64,000 bases of DNA from Octopus vulgaris (GCA_951406725.2 OX597825.1:39432001-39496000); one strand, 5' to 3'. Positions 25,609 through 40,351 are shown, numbered from the stretch's first letter. Notes: generated by a model from the sequence alone, not told the origin. Numbers and translations: made by a program.

Positions 25609-28323
25609 ATACATAGATACATGGATGCATATAAATATATATGGATGTAATATACATTTGAAGTAGTTTAAAAGTCCAAACCAAACTCGAAATTGATTGG
25701 TATGGACGGTATTTCAGTTTAGATCCACACAGTTTATAATTCTCTCAGTATCCTATCATGGAATAGGTTTTCCCTTTTTGTAAATGAATTGAGTTCGCTT
25801 GCAAGGAGTGTTTTCAAGTGTTCATCGAAACATAGGTACACTGAAACAAAGCCATATATACAAATATATATATAGATATAGCCTCGACCTAAAAACACAC
25901 ATGCACACAGAACAACTCACTCAAACACGCACATGAAGTTTTCCAAACACACACCAACTCACTCACACACACACTTCAAGGCTTACAAGCACAATCAAAC
26001 TATTACACATGTACACACGCGTGCACGCGTGCACACGTAGAAAGAAACACATTCAATATAGGTATTAACTTAAGAAGTGATATGATCCAGTAATTCTAAA
26101 CTAATACTGTTGCTGTGATTTATCTCGTGTATAATAACATTTCAGCAATAATTGTTCTGTTAAAATGTCGATAAAACAATTGTAATATTATGCAATATAA
26201 CTTGTTCGTCACTCTATTGTCCTTGCTAATAAGCATACATGCGCATGTGCATATGCTTGTGTATGTGTGTATGTGTGTACGCGTGTGTTTTTGTAAGCTC
26301 TGTCTATAAATGAAGCGACGTAGAACAGGCTCTCCATATCTAGTTGTTGCAATGTCAAGAATGCTTTTTGTAGGAATTTTAATGTTAGCTTTTAAAAGAC
26401 AGTGATATTAATATATTAATATATACATGAATAACAGATTCATTTTACTGTTGCTCTGAAACAATTTTCTTAGGGGTAATTTCATGGATTGATTTTTAAT
26501 TCCTCCAATTCTCTTGCATCATAAATAAAATATAATGATATAAAAGATATTTTTGAAAATATATGTAATTTTATTATTCAGCTCTTCGATTTATTGATGT
26601 ATAACACTTCGTTTTACAGATGTTAAAAGAGTTCATTGATTTTATTTCATTTTTATGCAAGTTTCTTCTTTTGTCTCTCGATGTCTTGGCCACACGTATG
26701 TCCATAATCAAATGCGGCTAAACTGAGACAGGTTTGCATTCGGTGGGAGTGCATATCAAAACCGTCAGGCCGTCATACGTTCAGTTTTCTGCCACCTATG
26801 ATACTCTTATTCAGCTGAATGAACTGGAGCAAAGCTAGCGAAATTGCCTTTGTATAGAAACACGGGCATCGTCAAAACTGAGACGTGGGCGGCCAACACA
26901 TTTTTTGTGAAAATCACACCTTGAAAACAACTGACGTACATCTTCACCTAACGGTTACGTTTCGATTGAATTTGTTATTCATTATAATCGTTTTAAGCAG
27001 ATTTTCATAATTTCAATATATTTATACACAATATATATTTGCTTACAACACAAGACAAAATTATTTAAAATTATGTGTGTAGGGGTATTTGAGCTTGTGT
27101 ATGAGTATGTGTGGGTGACTATGTTGTGTGACTGTGTTTTTCAATGTATGCATGCCTGCGTATGCATTGATATGTATTTCTTTAGTAATTTATACAATTC
27201 AAAATATTAAAAAAAAACTCATATTTTATCAGGACTTTATATATTTTTGTTAAACATACTATTTCATACATCAACATTTCTCTATAAATATACAAACGTA
27301 TCTTGAAAACAATTGACTAAGTATATTTTGCCTTAGCATATATTCATGAATATTAAACCACTGTAATTCTTATTGATTTCGTTCTCTTAAATATATGGAG
27401 GCAATATATATGTTTATCAAACTGTGCAGAGTACAATGCCTTAACGGAATACTTGAAAACCTTTACGACAAACATATAAGATATAAGGTTGATATTTTTG
27501 TCACGCTGTTTTTCTATACACTGGACGAAAGGCACAGGCGTAGAGACACAAACGCATATAATTATATTGGGTGTATTTTCTTCTCGTAAACGGCAGTTGG
27601 AGGTTCTGGATAGCTGCACCGATGATATGCTTATAGTGATTAAATATGTGTGCTCTACAGTAGCTTCCTACCTCTATCAATATTACATTCCCTGTACGGT
27701 GTGCGATACGTCAGATGTTGAAGTTATCGTAGAGCAGCATAACATGCAAGAACAGAAAGCAACCTCTGGTTCGGGAATCGAAACAATGATCGTGCTTACT
27801 ATCGTGAGTTGAACACGCTAATCATTAGCCCGTGCTTCATCATACTTACATACTTATCACAACGCACACAAATATTCTATAAGACATGTTCTTTGACAAC
27901 GCAGCCGAAGCTTGTATATTATATATAAGTGTGTGGTGTGGTGTGTCTGTGTGTGGTGTGGTGTGGTGTGGTGTGTCTGTGTGTACGTGTGTGTGTCTGT
28001 GTGTTCCTCTCTGTTTCTGTATGTGTGTGTGCGTGTGTGTTTATGTGGTTAGGATGTGTGTGTGTAAGTTACTGAATCGAAAATTAGTTGGCATTCTTGA
28101 CACATCACTTTCATTCCTCAGTGTTATTCGTTGCACTCTTTATAGCGTATGATGAGTGTATCTTGTTTTCTAGCAGTTACTAATGTTTCCTACTGATTTC
28201 TTTCTCTTCACTACTTATCATGGGAAAGCACCACAGTAACTCTTGAGATGCAGCCTTGTCTTTAACACGCCAGCAATGTATAACATCTTAACCTGTGATT
28301 TGGTATTGTCTCTGCGTGACATA

Positions 28324-29465
28324 TCAGGTCATTAAGAATGAAATGTCCGATTTTCAACCGAAAGCTTATTTTGCTCTACCTCAACAAAAACCAATGCAGT
28401 TAATCAAAGTATGCACCTAAATTACAAACACAATTTTGTCGTTTTATCGATAGCTTATTTATACCGGCAGTGAAGAAATCTGAAGTGCAAGAAGTGATGA
28501 AATCACGAAAGGCTACGTTTGTAACTTCTTCAGATTTGAAGGTTTTTCCTTGGAAAACGTTATAGTTCTTTGGTGTAAGGTCTGGAGAATATGTGGAAGT
28601 AGCGATCTTGTGCAATATTTAATCGTGCATTGTTTTGCAAGAGATTTGGCCTGTCTCTATTGACCAATCTTGGCGGTTTAATTGCAAGTTCACCCATCAT
28701 TTCATCCCATTGGTTGATGTATACATCCACTGTAATTGACTTACCAGGTCTCATGAAGTGGTAATGGATAACACCAGCGCTGGACCACCAAACAGACTCC
28801 ATCATTATTTTAAATTGTGTTTTGACACCTCCTTTCTATCCAAAAGAACACATTTTTCATCACACGTAACGATACGATACAAAAAAGGTTCGTTTTTATG
28901 ATGTGACAGCAAGGAACAGCAAGTTTCAAGACGACTTATCATTTGATACTTGTTCAGTTCGAGTGGTACTCACTTCTCTAGCTACTTTACCTTGTCGATT
29001 TGTTTCAAATGGCCCAATATAGTTGGAATCGAAACATCAAACCTTGCTGCTAACAAACGCGTAGTTTGGGATGTATCCGCTTCTAATACAGTTTCCAACT
29101 CATCATTATCCACATTACTTTGAGGTCTACCACGGGGCTGATCTTAAGAGTAAATTCACCAGACAGGAGCCTTTCAAACAATCGACGTACAGTGCACTCA
29201 TTCGCCACATCTCCACCAAACAACTCATTGATGTTTTGGGCTGTCTGGTATGCATTAGTTCCACGACGGAACTTATATTCATGACACGAATTTTTGGTCT
29301 CTCCTTGGGTTCACAAAAATTGATTTACAATAGAAAACTCTCAATATAATCAGGCAACATGAATTGTATTTCGAAAAGTGTCAAAGAATTGTTAGTATGA
29401 ACATTAGAGCTAAGACTCAAACATCGCGCATAAGCAAATCGGACATTTCAGTCTTAATGACCTGA
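28324..29465 (-). mobile_element. Mariner DNA transposon with both TIRs; transposase decayed
   Basis: TIRs tcaggtcattaagaatgaaatgtccgattt / aaatcggacatttcagtcttaatgacctga with TA on both sides. Peptides SVWWSSAGVIHYHF, LLQNNAR and YSPDLTP. Confidence 0.95.
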
Positions 29466-31838
29466 TAGTATGTCATGGTGTATCATTGTTAGTAATGCTA
29501 GGGTTTGCATAGGATGGAAAAGTTTGGTCTACGAACTGTACAGAAACTTTTTCAGGTAAGTGTACATGTTTTACAACCATAAACTAATTTTGATGAGCCT
29601 CATGCTCTGAAGTGGTTCTATTTCATTTTCTTTTAATGCAAAATTAGATTTCTATATCATTTACAAACATTTAAGCGCTATGCATGCTTCATTAATCCAG
29701 ATTCTCATAACAGTCATGGATTTAGAGATATTTCTTTTAAGGTATTCGCAATACCCAAATTTTGTGATTTCTCCTCTATAGAAAGAGCATTAGCGTCCAT
29801 TCCCGCCTTGGTCTTAAAGCACATCTGCTATAGAAACGATGATAAATGGTATATATTCATTGGAGTTTATCTCCAGAACATGCAGAGAGATATTACCTTC
29901 TTACGTATGCTAACTGTTTAATACTAGACAGTCTGAATAATCGGCATCTGTAATATTCTTAGCAAGATATCTGTTACTTATTTTGGGTGAAATAATAAAA
30001 AATAGATGATGTTTTTGAGTAAAATACATTCGATAGAATATAATCGAGGAATATGACGACACGGCGCGGTTAAAATATCAGCGCAGAAAACTCTCCGTCT
30101 AGTGGTCTGACATAAGAATATTAGGGAATTTTTCAATGTATATCACATGCTCGCAATATCTCTCATTTCAATTCACTGGATCGAAAAATGTTATACCACA
30201 TTCCTTGTAGGGCAAGAAAACAAGGAAGTTTTTCTGTTAGTGTCCTTCTCGCTACCTCTCGAAAATACGCTATTCAGGGTAAAAAAGATCACAGTGAATA
30301 AGAAATAGTGGGTTATGTACTCAAAATAACAAACGTATGAATACAAAAATTAAGATGACTGAACGGGTATATTCTCTGACAGAAGCAGGCAGAACGCCAT
30401 ATGATTAGAAGTTCAATGTATCTACGAATACATGGAAGCGAAGGACTTTGTTTCATGGGATAGAAATTTATGAGATTGTCAACATGGAAAAATGAATGCA
30501 GCTTTGGGCTGGGTAGGAACGTGTGTCAGCCCTCCAGGTGCTTAAGCACTGCTTATTAAAGTAAATATTTCTCCAAGTGTTATATGATAGCAAATTTCAG
30601 CCACTAAATTTACATGAAGTGCTCAATCTTCTAATATTTCTCTGTAGTTATGTAGTTTTGTTGTGAATATTTCTCGCTATTGGATGTTACATTAATAGTC
30701 AACTAGGGCGATCCGACAATCACAAATTTGTATATCTTTCTGTTATTAATGTAAATGGTAAGATATTCAAGAGGTTTCTTGAACCAAATCTGCTAAGAAA
30801 TCGACAAACAGTAGTCCACGATAGAAACAACCAAACCTGGACATTATAAAGCAAATGACGTATATATTACAGGATTATCAATCTTCTGATGAAGAACATA
30901 ACAAAAATTGTAGAGAATACTAGTCATTTGTAAGCATTAATTCTGAAAGAGACATGCTTAATAGGAGATATCGACTGAGCATTCCTTCTAATGAAACATA
31001 GTGACGTACACTTTAGGATTTGTCTACTTTGAAGAACGACCCAAAAATGGGGAACACATTTTCCTCTTTGATAAAGGTAAAGCAAATTGCATGAATTCAC
31101 GTATGCACGTTTGTATGCATGTGCATATGTATGTATGCATGTACTTACTACCTATGTATGCATGCATATATATATTTACGTTTGCATGTATGGGAGCATG
31201 TATGTATATATATGAAGATACGACAGGTTTCCCCCCAAACTACGTCCACAACTAATATGTGTATTGTGATAAAGTGTATGAGCTGAACATTAGCACATTC
31301 ACCCCATCCAATAGACATTGACTGAACATATGCATGGTGTACAACCCTTCATGTGTCGAAATGATTGCAGAGCAACGTGAGATGAATTGTTTTGCTCATA
31401 AACACAACGCACCACCCGGTGTTGGAATCGAAACCACGATCTCGCCATCATGAGGACCACACACTAAGCTTTAAAGGACATGGATATATGTATGCATATA
31501 TGCAAGTATGTATGTATATTTGCATGTGTATATATATATATATATATGTATTATATGTGTGTGTAACTATATACATATATACACATACATGCAATATGTA
31601 TATTTATGTATATATATATCATATATATATATATCGTATAAATATGTGTATATATATATATATATATACATGCATTATATATATACATATATATAATGGA
31701 AATAATGGAAATAATTAAGATTCAATTGAATTAGGTGGAGGCACGAAGTCAGTCTGGTATGATCCGCGCAGTTCGTAGTGGGTGAATAAAAACCAAATGA
31801 GTAACAATGATGAGCAGGTGTTTGAGACGGCATCATGT

Positions 31839-32042
31839 AATCGATCAATGGAAGCATTACATCAATTTAAAACGAACCGGTCTCCTTCGGAACTAGAAGA
31901 CCATATAGATTTCCAACATACAGTATACACTAAATAAAAATATATATATAATGGTATATCCTAAATATTGGAAATCTATATGGTCGCCTGCGTCCGAGGA
32001 GGGCGCCTTATTTCAAATTGATGTAATATTTTTATTGATTGA
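31839..32042. repeat. Old, diverged inverted repeat centred on a short (TA)n
   Basis: Perfect 18-mer 31899-31916 / 31968-31985 and 13-mer 31856-31868 / 32015-32027. Confidence 0.82.
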
Positions 32043-32115
32043 TAAAATGGAGCCGCCGATTGAAACAGCTGTATCCACTAATACCTGGACATTGGTGTTA
32101 CTTATTTGCTTTCTA

Positions 32116-32147
<32 letters not shown>

Positions 32148-32148
32148 A

Positions 32149-32200
<52 letters not shown>

Positions 32201-32323
32201 AAAGACAGAACAATCTTCGACTCAATCAAAACTGAAAGGCTTTATACCCACCACTCCATAAAATGTTAAAAATATATTATACTAACTATATATATACTCT
32301 GAATTCTGTATTTTCCGTTTATA

Positions 32324-32423
32324 AGACTACATGTGTTTCATGAAAGTTCGTCGGTATTGATTAGATTCGGGGTATCTAGTTCCAATACTTATTCGGGTCG
32401 ATATGCTTCCAATCTTCAGGTCT
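32324..32423 (-). ncRNA. Minimal type I hammerhead ribozyme candidate (Penelope/retrozyme type)
   Basis: Minus strand: AGAC-CTGAAGA-T-TGGAAG...CTTTCA-T-GAAAC-ACAT-GTA-GTCT. Stem I AGAC/GTCT; extended stem II with inner gtattg/caatac and tagat/atcta pairs; GUA cleavage triplet. Confidence 0.68.
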
Positions 32424-32611
32424 GGTTTCCTCAACATATTTCATCAACCCTATCTTTTATATACTTCCATGATACCCAATATCTTCAGTATAATCTTACT
32501 TAGCATGTACAAATGAATAGAAATACAAATAATAAATAAAAATAATAGCTGAATATTAAAAATTTGAGTAAAAATTTAAGGAATAAAAAATAATAAAAAA
32601 AAAGTGATTAT

Positions 32612-32612
32612 G

Positions 32613-32698
<86 letters not shown>
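32612..32698. repeat. (ATT)n microsatellite at the 3' end of Dong-like copy 3
   Basis: Directly visible. Confidence 0.98.
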
Positions 32699-32701
<3 letters not shown>

Positions 32702-33721
32702 TAGTTTTATTTTTATAGCGTGCTTTCACTTCACTACCGAGCGCAGCTCTGTGTGCCTTGGGTATGTGCTGTGATTTGTTGTGATGCTAAGATGGTTATT
32801 GTATGGAAAGTGTTCTGCGTAGGATGTGTGCAGTGCCTAGTAGTGCAATTTTCTGTATGTTATATGTGTTTGTAAGTCCTGAAGTTTTTGTTATGTATTT
32901 GTCTGAATATTTATTTATCATGCTTCATGCACCTACTATGATAGGGATTGTTTCTGTTTTTACATTCCACATTCTGGTTACCTCTATTTCCAGGTCTTTG
33001 TATTTTGAAAGTTTCTCCATTTCTTTTAGAGATACGTTGTCATCTGCCGGTATTGATACATCAATTAGAAAGCATTTTTTTCTTCATGATCTCTGACAAC
33101 TATATATGGGCTGTTGGCTTTAATTGCTCTATTTGTATCGGCATATCCCAGAGTATGGTTGCTTTCTCGTTTTCTGTGACCTTTTCTGGTGTGTGCCTAT
33201 ACCATCTTTTTTCTGTTGTTATTCCATAATGTTGGCATAGCTTCCAGTGTATGTAGGTTCCAACTCTGTCGTGTCTGTGAATATATTCCTTCTCAGCCAG
33301 GACTGGGCAGCCAGAGATAATATGATTTATTGTTTCGTGTCCATCTCCACATATTCTGCAGTTTCTTGTTATATTTCTTTTCATTACATGTTTTTGGTAA
33401 TTTCTGGTTGGGAGGCTTTGGTCTTGTGCTGCAATTAAAAATCCCTCTGTCTCTGCTTTGAGTCCTGAGCTTCTCAACCATTGCTGGGATTTTACTTTGA
33501 CTATTTTTTTTGCATTTCGTTTAGTCCAGTATTTACCATGAACGGGCTTTTCTTACCATCGTTTAATCATGGTTCTTTGCTGTTCTAGTTTTAGTTTGGA
33601 TTTCATTTGTTTTATAGCTTTTGTTGTTTCTTCTTCTTCTCCTTCGTATTCTTCTTCTTCTTCTTCTTCTTCTTCTTCTTCTTCTTCTTCTTCTTCTTCT
33701 TCTTCTTCTTCTTCTTCTTCT

Positions 33722-33756
<35 letters not shown>

Positions 33757-35722
33757 TTCTTCTTCATTTTTGTTAGGTGGTATGATTTCTCGCTTGTATT
33801 TGTCAGCTTCCTTAAATACTGAGAACAGTTTATTGTTTCGCTCGTGTTCTGCCACTATTTGTATCATTTTCCTTCCTTCTGAAGTAGATATTTCTGCAGT
33901 CCTATGGTGGTTATTTCATAGTAGATTTCCAGCTGTATAAGACCTCTACCACCTTCTATACGTTGTATATATATTTTTTTCTATGTCAGATTTGGGGTGA
34001 TTCATCCTAGAACCTGTCATTATTTTTCTTGTTTTCCTATCTATTTTGGTCAGTTGATTTAGTGTCAAGTTAAGGATATTGTAGCTGTAACTTATAATTG
34101 GGACAGCTAAAGTGTTAATACCTATAATCTTGTTTTTAGCATTAACCTCTGTTTTTAGTATTGATCTAACTCGTCTATAATATTCTTTTTTTTCTTTTCT
34201 CTTTCATTTGTGTGTGTTGTGTCTTATCTAGTTCATGGATTCCTAAGTACTTGTAAGGTTGGATTTTGTCTAATACTTTTATTTCATTGGTTTTATCTAG
34301 GGTGATGTTGCTACTCCTGACTAGTTTCCTCTTTTCAGGGTTATTTTGGCGCATTTTATAATCCAAAATTCATATCTATTTCTTTGGTAAATTCATGAAA
34401 TGTCTTTAATAGTGTTTCCAGCTGTTTGTCATTTGCAGCGTATAGTTTTAGGTCATCCATATATAAAAGGTGGCTGATCGTTTTGCCGTAACATTTATAT
34501 CCGCATCCATTCTATTTAGCATATCAGACAGAGGTGACAGTACCAACCAGAAAAGGAGTGGAGAGAGCATGTCTCCCTGGAATATCCCTCTTCTAATGGG
34601 GATGGCTTTGGTTTTCATGAGTCCCTCTTTTGTTTGGAGCTGTAGCACTGTTTGCCATTTATTCATAGTGTGTCCTATGAATTTTATAATTGTTCGTGCT
34701 ACTTTGTTAATGGCTAGTGTTCGAGGATCCATGTGTGGGGGATACTATTAAACGCCTTTTTGTAGTCGATCTAGGCCATACTGAGGCCTTTCTTCTTTCT
34801 GTGGCTGTCTTCAGTTATGGCTTTATTAATCATTAGTTGATCTTTACAGCCATATGAGCCTTTGCGGCATCCTTTCTGCTCTTCTGGAAACAGGTTGTTT
34901 TCGTCCAGGTGCTTCTTCAACCTTTGCGATATCACTGCAGTAAATGCCTTGTACATTGTAGGGAGACAGGTTATTGGCCTGTAGTTTCTGGTTTTGCTGT
35001 CTCATTTGATTTGGGAATTAAGATGGTTTTCCCCTTCGTGAGCCATTCTGGCATTGTCTCTGGCTCTGCTAGTATGTTGTTAAAGTTTTCAGCCAGTTTT
35101 TGTGTATTCCTATTAGATATTTCAACCAGAAGTTGGGGATCGTGTCATGCCCAGGTGCCTTCCAGTTGCTCAGGCTTGGCAGTGCCTGGGTGACCTCTTC
35201 AGTTGTTATGGGGGTCCAAAGCTGCTCAGATGCTGAGTTCGTTGTTTTAATACTCCTGATTTTTGGTTGTTCGTTCGCCGACCATATTTCTCTCCAGAAA
35301 TCTTCCATTTTTTCTGCCTTTGGTGCTGCAGTGATTTCTATTTTATCTTTGTCAAGTTCTTGGTAGAACTTTTTGGGGTTTGAGTTGAACTTTTTCTTTT
35401 GTTCAAAGAAGCGCTGGCGTTTCTCGTATCGGCGGATCCTTTGTTCTTTGGGCCAGGATATCTTGCTTCAGCTTTTCTTTTATCTCAGGTAAATCTTTTT
35501 CTGTGATGTATTTGCGGAGTATTTTTGTTTTCTTTTTGTTGCTCAGTAGCGTTGATTGTCGACTGATTTCATTAAGAATCGACAGATCTTTTCTCATTTT
35601 TTGTATTTTGTTTTGGATGTTATTAATCCACAGGGTTTGTTTGGGTGGTGGCACTCCTGTTTGGATGGGTTTGAGTGAGTATCCAGCTTCTTTTGTGGCT
35701 GTAGTGGCTTCTGGGTATACTA
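32699..35722 (-). mobile_element. R4/Dong-like RLE retrotransposon copy 3, 5'-truncated, multiple frameshifts
   Basis: NWKAPGHDTIPNFWLK, EQKGCRKGSYGCKDQL, GIFQGDMLSP, YKYLGI, SSGLKAETEGFLIAAQDQSL, CRICGDGHETINHIISGC and RHD; (ATT)n on both sides. Confidence 0.94.
33648..33764. repeat. (TTC)n expansion inside the copy-3 ORF (poly-Glu on the coding strand)
   Basis: ORF 33553..33867 shows the run of Glu in frame. Confidence 0.95.
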
Positions 35723-35737
35723 TTAATATTATTATAA

Positions 35738-35810
<73 letters not shown>

Positions 35811-35862
35811 CGTTATTATCATTATTATTATTATTGTTGTGGTTGTTGTTGTTGTCGTTTTT

Positions 35863-36398
35863 CAGTGAGAGAGCAGTGCATGCCATGACACTGGGGTAGA
35901 ATATACGAAGCCCCTATACCCATCATGACTACCCGTCTGATAAGGGTAACCTAGGCACATGCATCACAACCATATATGCGCGACATTGCGATCTCATATC
36001 AAGATAACCAGCGCATGACCTTGTTAGAATTATCTTCTGGTCGAGTAATCCATCCCGTTCAAAAGGTCCCTGAATAAGGGTTGCTTAAGTTTATTGAATG
36101 AAACACCCGTGTTTCCAAAGGTGAATTAACCAAACCTCTAAGAATTTCTTTCAGCATGTGCCTATGATGCTTCCCAACTACTTCTGCTCATGATCAGAGA
36201 TGCACATGTCGTCAGCCACTAAGGGACATAGTCAACAGGTTAAGATCAAACAACTGTCAAGCAAATCTGTGGTAGTGAGCAGAATATTTGCTGTAGCCCA
36301 TCTTTTATACCAAGACAAAACAATGTACATGATAACACTTCCAATCAGTTCAGATCAGAAGCCATGAGAGCGACTGTCTTGTAATGCATCAGGGAAAT
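35863..36398 (-). mobile_element. ~535-bp non-coding element embedded in TAA/CAA microsatellite (second full copy)
   Basis: Colinear with 13959-14513. Confidence 0.88.
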
Positions 36399-36403
36399 TA
36401 ATG

Positions 36404-36454
36404 GTGTTGTTGTTGTTGTTGTTCTTATTCTTCTTCTTCTTCTTCTTCTTCTTC

Positions 36455-36542
<88 letters not shown>

Positions 36543-36555
36543 TATTATTTTTATT

Positions 36556-36604
<49 letters not shown>

Positions 36605-36643
36605 TTATTATTATTATTATTTGCATTCATCATCATCATCATT

Positions 36644-36693
<50 letters not shown>

Positions 36694-36757
36694 TATTATT
36701 ATTATTAATATTATTAATATAATTATTATTATTATCATTATTATTATTATTATTATT
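36404..36757. repeat. Compound (GTT)(CTT)(ATT)(CAT)n microsatellite
   Basis: Directly visible. Confidence 0.97.
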
Positions 36758-36965
36758 TCTGCCCTTGGCACAAGGCCTTGAAACTTTTAAGGGTAAGGGG
36801 TCTAGTCGAGTACATCGAACCCAGTTTCCAAATGGTACTTTATTTATCGATTCCTAAAGGATGAATGGAAAAGTCGACCTAGACAGAATTTTATCTCAGA
36901 ACGGAACGACGGGCGAAACACCACTAGGCATTTCATCCAGCGTGCTAAAAGTTCTAGGAGCGCAT
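36758..36965 (-). mobile_element. SINE family B copy
   Basis: ggcacaaggcc...ggtacttt(a)tttatcga...aaagtcgacct...ctcagaacg...cgtgctaa. Confidence 0.72.
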
Positions 36966-37309
36966 CTTATAGTAATAATAGGAGTAATGATGATGATGAT
37001 TATAATAATAATCATATATAATAAAAATTCAAAATATCTATTCAACCTATAAATAATGCGTTTTTTATACTTCTTTTACTTTTCAAAATTATGATAAACG
37101 AAATTATTTTTTAATATAAAATATACTATCTTTCTTTTCTACAATTCTGTTACATTTCTCTAGTAGTCTTGAACTGCCCGTCTTTCAAAATACATGTCAC
37201 GAAAATAGACCTCCAGTACTGTACTGACCTTCTCTATTCAATTTATATTTTTTGCATCCAACTGAATTTGAAGACTACGGAATTAATTACTTTTTTACTT
37301 ACCTAATTA

Positions 37310-37963
37310 ATGTCTTCAGTGCTTGATATTTTTATACAAAACCAATTTCGTGTCACCAATCACTATTCGGTCCGGAAAATGTTGATTCGTGAGACGTGAT
37401 AGCAAAGAAGGGTACAAATTTTGTCTCTACGCGTGATTTGGCTCAGAATGTTTGTGAGGAAAACATTCAGCCAATTTGCTGACTTTTCCGATGGCAAGTA
37501 AGTGTCGCTGAATGGTTCACTAAACAAATCCAAGATTAGCTGCTACTTCTTTCACAGCTACGAAGAGATTTACTTTTCCACCAGGGTTTGCAGGGCGTCC
37601 TCGTCGAGCTTTATAATCTTCCAGGACGCGGTTCGTCTTCTAGTCTCTAGTTTTCTAACTTGGAATTTCTGAACCACCGTTGACAGTGGCTTACGCTTAT
37701 TGTCTGATCCCCACATATTGCATTAATATTCCTTTTTCTTCCTGTTTCATTGTTGTCTTTACAGAACCCGTAAATCAAAATATGCCGTATATGTTCCTTT
37801 GTCAATTCCATTATAGCTTTTAAAAGTGAACAACACTCACAATAGATACACGGTAATTTTACTACCTCTTTTATAGCAATCTGATGCAAGTAGTTTATCT
37901 CATACCTCTCCGACTTTTAGTTCATGCAATTCAAAAATCCGCATTGTTTATGAGTTGACCCAA
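37310..37963 (-). mobile_element. Mariner 5' half (TIR, HTH region and first catalytic D region), truncated
   Basis: MELTKEHIRHILIYGF...NINAICGDQTISVSHCQRWF and DRIVIGDTKLVLY; terminus ttgggtcaactcataaacaatgcggattttt followed by TA. Confidence 0.85.
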
Positions 37964-39256
37964 TACATTAATATTTTGCTACTGACGCGTTCAATTCTTA
38001 AATGTTTTTCGTATATTTCTGAAAAAGTTTTGAAATCTAAATCGAGTAATACGTGTCGTAGTTACTTATATTGGAAATTTTATGCCATAGCGGATGTCAT
38101 GATTTACAAAAAATAATACACTAGTTAATCTAATGTTTATCCTATTTTGGGATCTAAGCAAAGAGCAGAATATAAAGATATGCAAAACTAATAGTAAACG
38201 TATATTATTGCTGTATAAACGAGCCCTAATAATGGTAAACCTATTTTCCGTAAAGATGCATGATGTAAGAACAAAGATTTTGATGATGAGAATAACAAAC
38301 AAAAACAAAAGAAAGACCATCCATATTTTATAAGCACATTCTTTTTCCAGAATAATTTAATCGTGTTTCTGAGATTTAGAGAATCCTCAGTATGGTATAC
38401 GTATCTGAAAGAAATGAAATTTTGTACTTTCTTTTTCTTTGAATGAAGTACCATCTAAAAGCGAACCATTGCAGAGATGCGAATATGTAGGAAATTAATG
38501 AACTTTTGCGTTCCAAAGGAAATTTTAATGTATTTACTAACTACAAATAACATTTGGAGGCGTCACTGGGTGACACATTACGTGCCATCCTCTTTATTGA
38601 GGGAATGTCATATAGAGATGGGTGCCGTATTTTTTTCAAATATGCTATCATACTAAATCGTACAGCAGATTTTTATTCCCTTCACCTGCTAACATTCTAG
38701 TCCAGTGATGAAGACATGTGCCATGATGACGACATGGGCCATGGAAAATTTCATCCGTGGAGACATGGAAACCAAGCTCTTACTCACATACTTAGCACAA
38801 GATAAATAATTTATGCATATATGTATATTTTCTCTTGAAGAATAATCTTAGTATGTAAAATCTTCAATAGCTTCAACAAGTACAAAGACGTTTTAGGATT
38901 TGTGCCAAATAGCAGCTTTTGGAATATAGAATGTGAAGCACAGGTCGCACAGCATGGAGGGAAGCTGGTTTTCATACTACGTTTCTACAAGTACACTGCA
39001 CTTAATGTCTTCGTTCACAGGGGAAATATAAACTACAAATACAAACAAAGCGATAATGCATCTCAGAAATTTCTCTTCACTTCCCTTGTCACTTATCCAA
39101 AATACATTTAACTGCTTCCATCACCAAATAAGAAATAAAAAGCCAATGCATAAAAAAATTCTTATTCTTTTGTTTTTACAGAACTTTTGTGCTTTCACCT
39201 TTGACAATTATTTTTATTTTGTCTGGGATCATTTGCCTTTTTACATAAAATGCCTC

Positions 39257-39373
39257 CACGAAGATGCTGATAAGTATATCATAGGTATATATGCATACCT
39301 AACCTTTAGCCATTCTGTATTGAGAATTGAACGTATTAGCGTATGAATTTTAAAGACATTTATTTTACGTAAT

Positions 39374-39463
<90 letters not shown>

Positions 39464-39576
39464 CGTAAAATAAATGTCTTTAAAATTCATACGCTAATAC
39501 GTTCAATTCTCAATACGGAATGGCTAAACGCTAGGTATGCATATATATCTATGATATACTTATCAGCACCTTCGTG
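39257..39576. repeat. Palindrome A: ~116-bp arms around (TA)n
   Basis: cacgaagatgctgataag...ttttacgtaat-(TA)n-attacgtaaaa...cttatcagcaccttcgtg; about 5 mismatches. Confidence 0.96.
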
Positions 39577-40289
39577 AGACTCTTTGCCCAGTAAATTCAC
39601 ATGAATTACTCAAGTCAACATGTCTGCTGTCATATGTATGGCAGCTTGAAGACAGCCATTTCCGATGTAAAACGCTGATCGGTGGATGTATTTGATATTT
39701 CATCCATGGCTTTTGAATTAGAAATTACTAATCTAAAGTAACTTTGTATTGCATCGATCATTTTTTTACTACTGTACCATTTTTTGTCATTATAATTATA
39801 TATTTCACTACTTAAGGAAAAAAATAACCTTCAGTATTAATAGAGGTGAAAAAATGTACTATTAGTACTAACGCATCAGTATCGTATAATCATACATCTC
39901 ATTTGTATAACTTTCGAAAGATTATAGATGCCCACAACTGAAATCTTTATTATCACACGAAAAACGATATTCAGAAATGTTAAGCTAAACAAAATCATTG
40001 CCCGCAGTTTCATACTCATCGTTTGGAAGACATATCCATTGAAGAAAGCAAAAACAGAAAAAAAAAAGAATTAAATAAACTATGTTAATTAGAAAGCGGT
40101 AACATTCAAATAAATCAACATAATTTAATCTGCCATTGCTTAATTGGAGTGAGGAAACTGCGGAAACATACGAAATTAAATTGAAAATGGATATGAAATG
40201 AGTAAGACAAAAATATAAGAAAATCACAGAAATACCAGGATGAAGAAATGACATATTGAATTTCTTGGAGAATAGCAATATATATACAT

Positions 40290-40351
<62 letters not shown>

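Noticed and set aside
29512-29560. Possible small host exon (ag...CAG/GTAAGT)
   Set aside because: There is a good donor site but a weak acceptor, no recognisable peptide and no partner exons.
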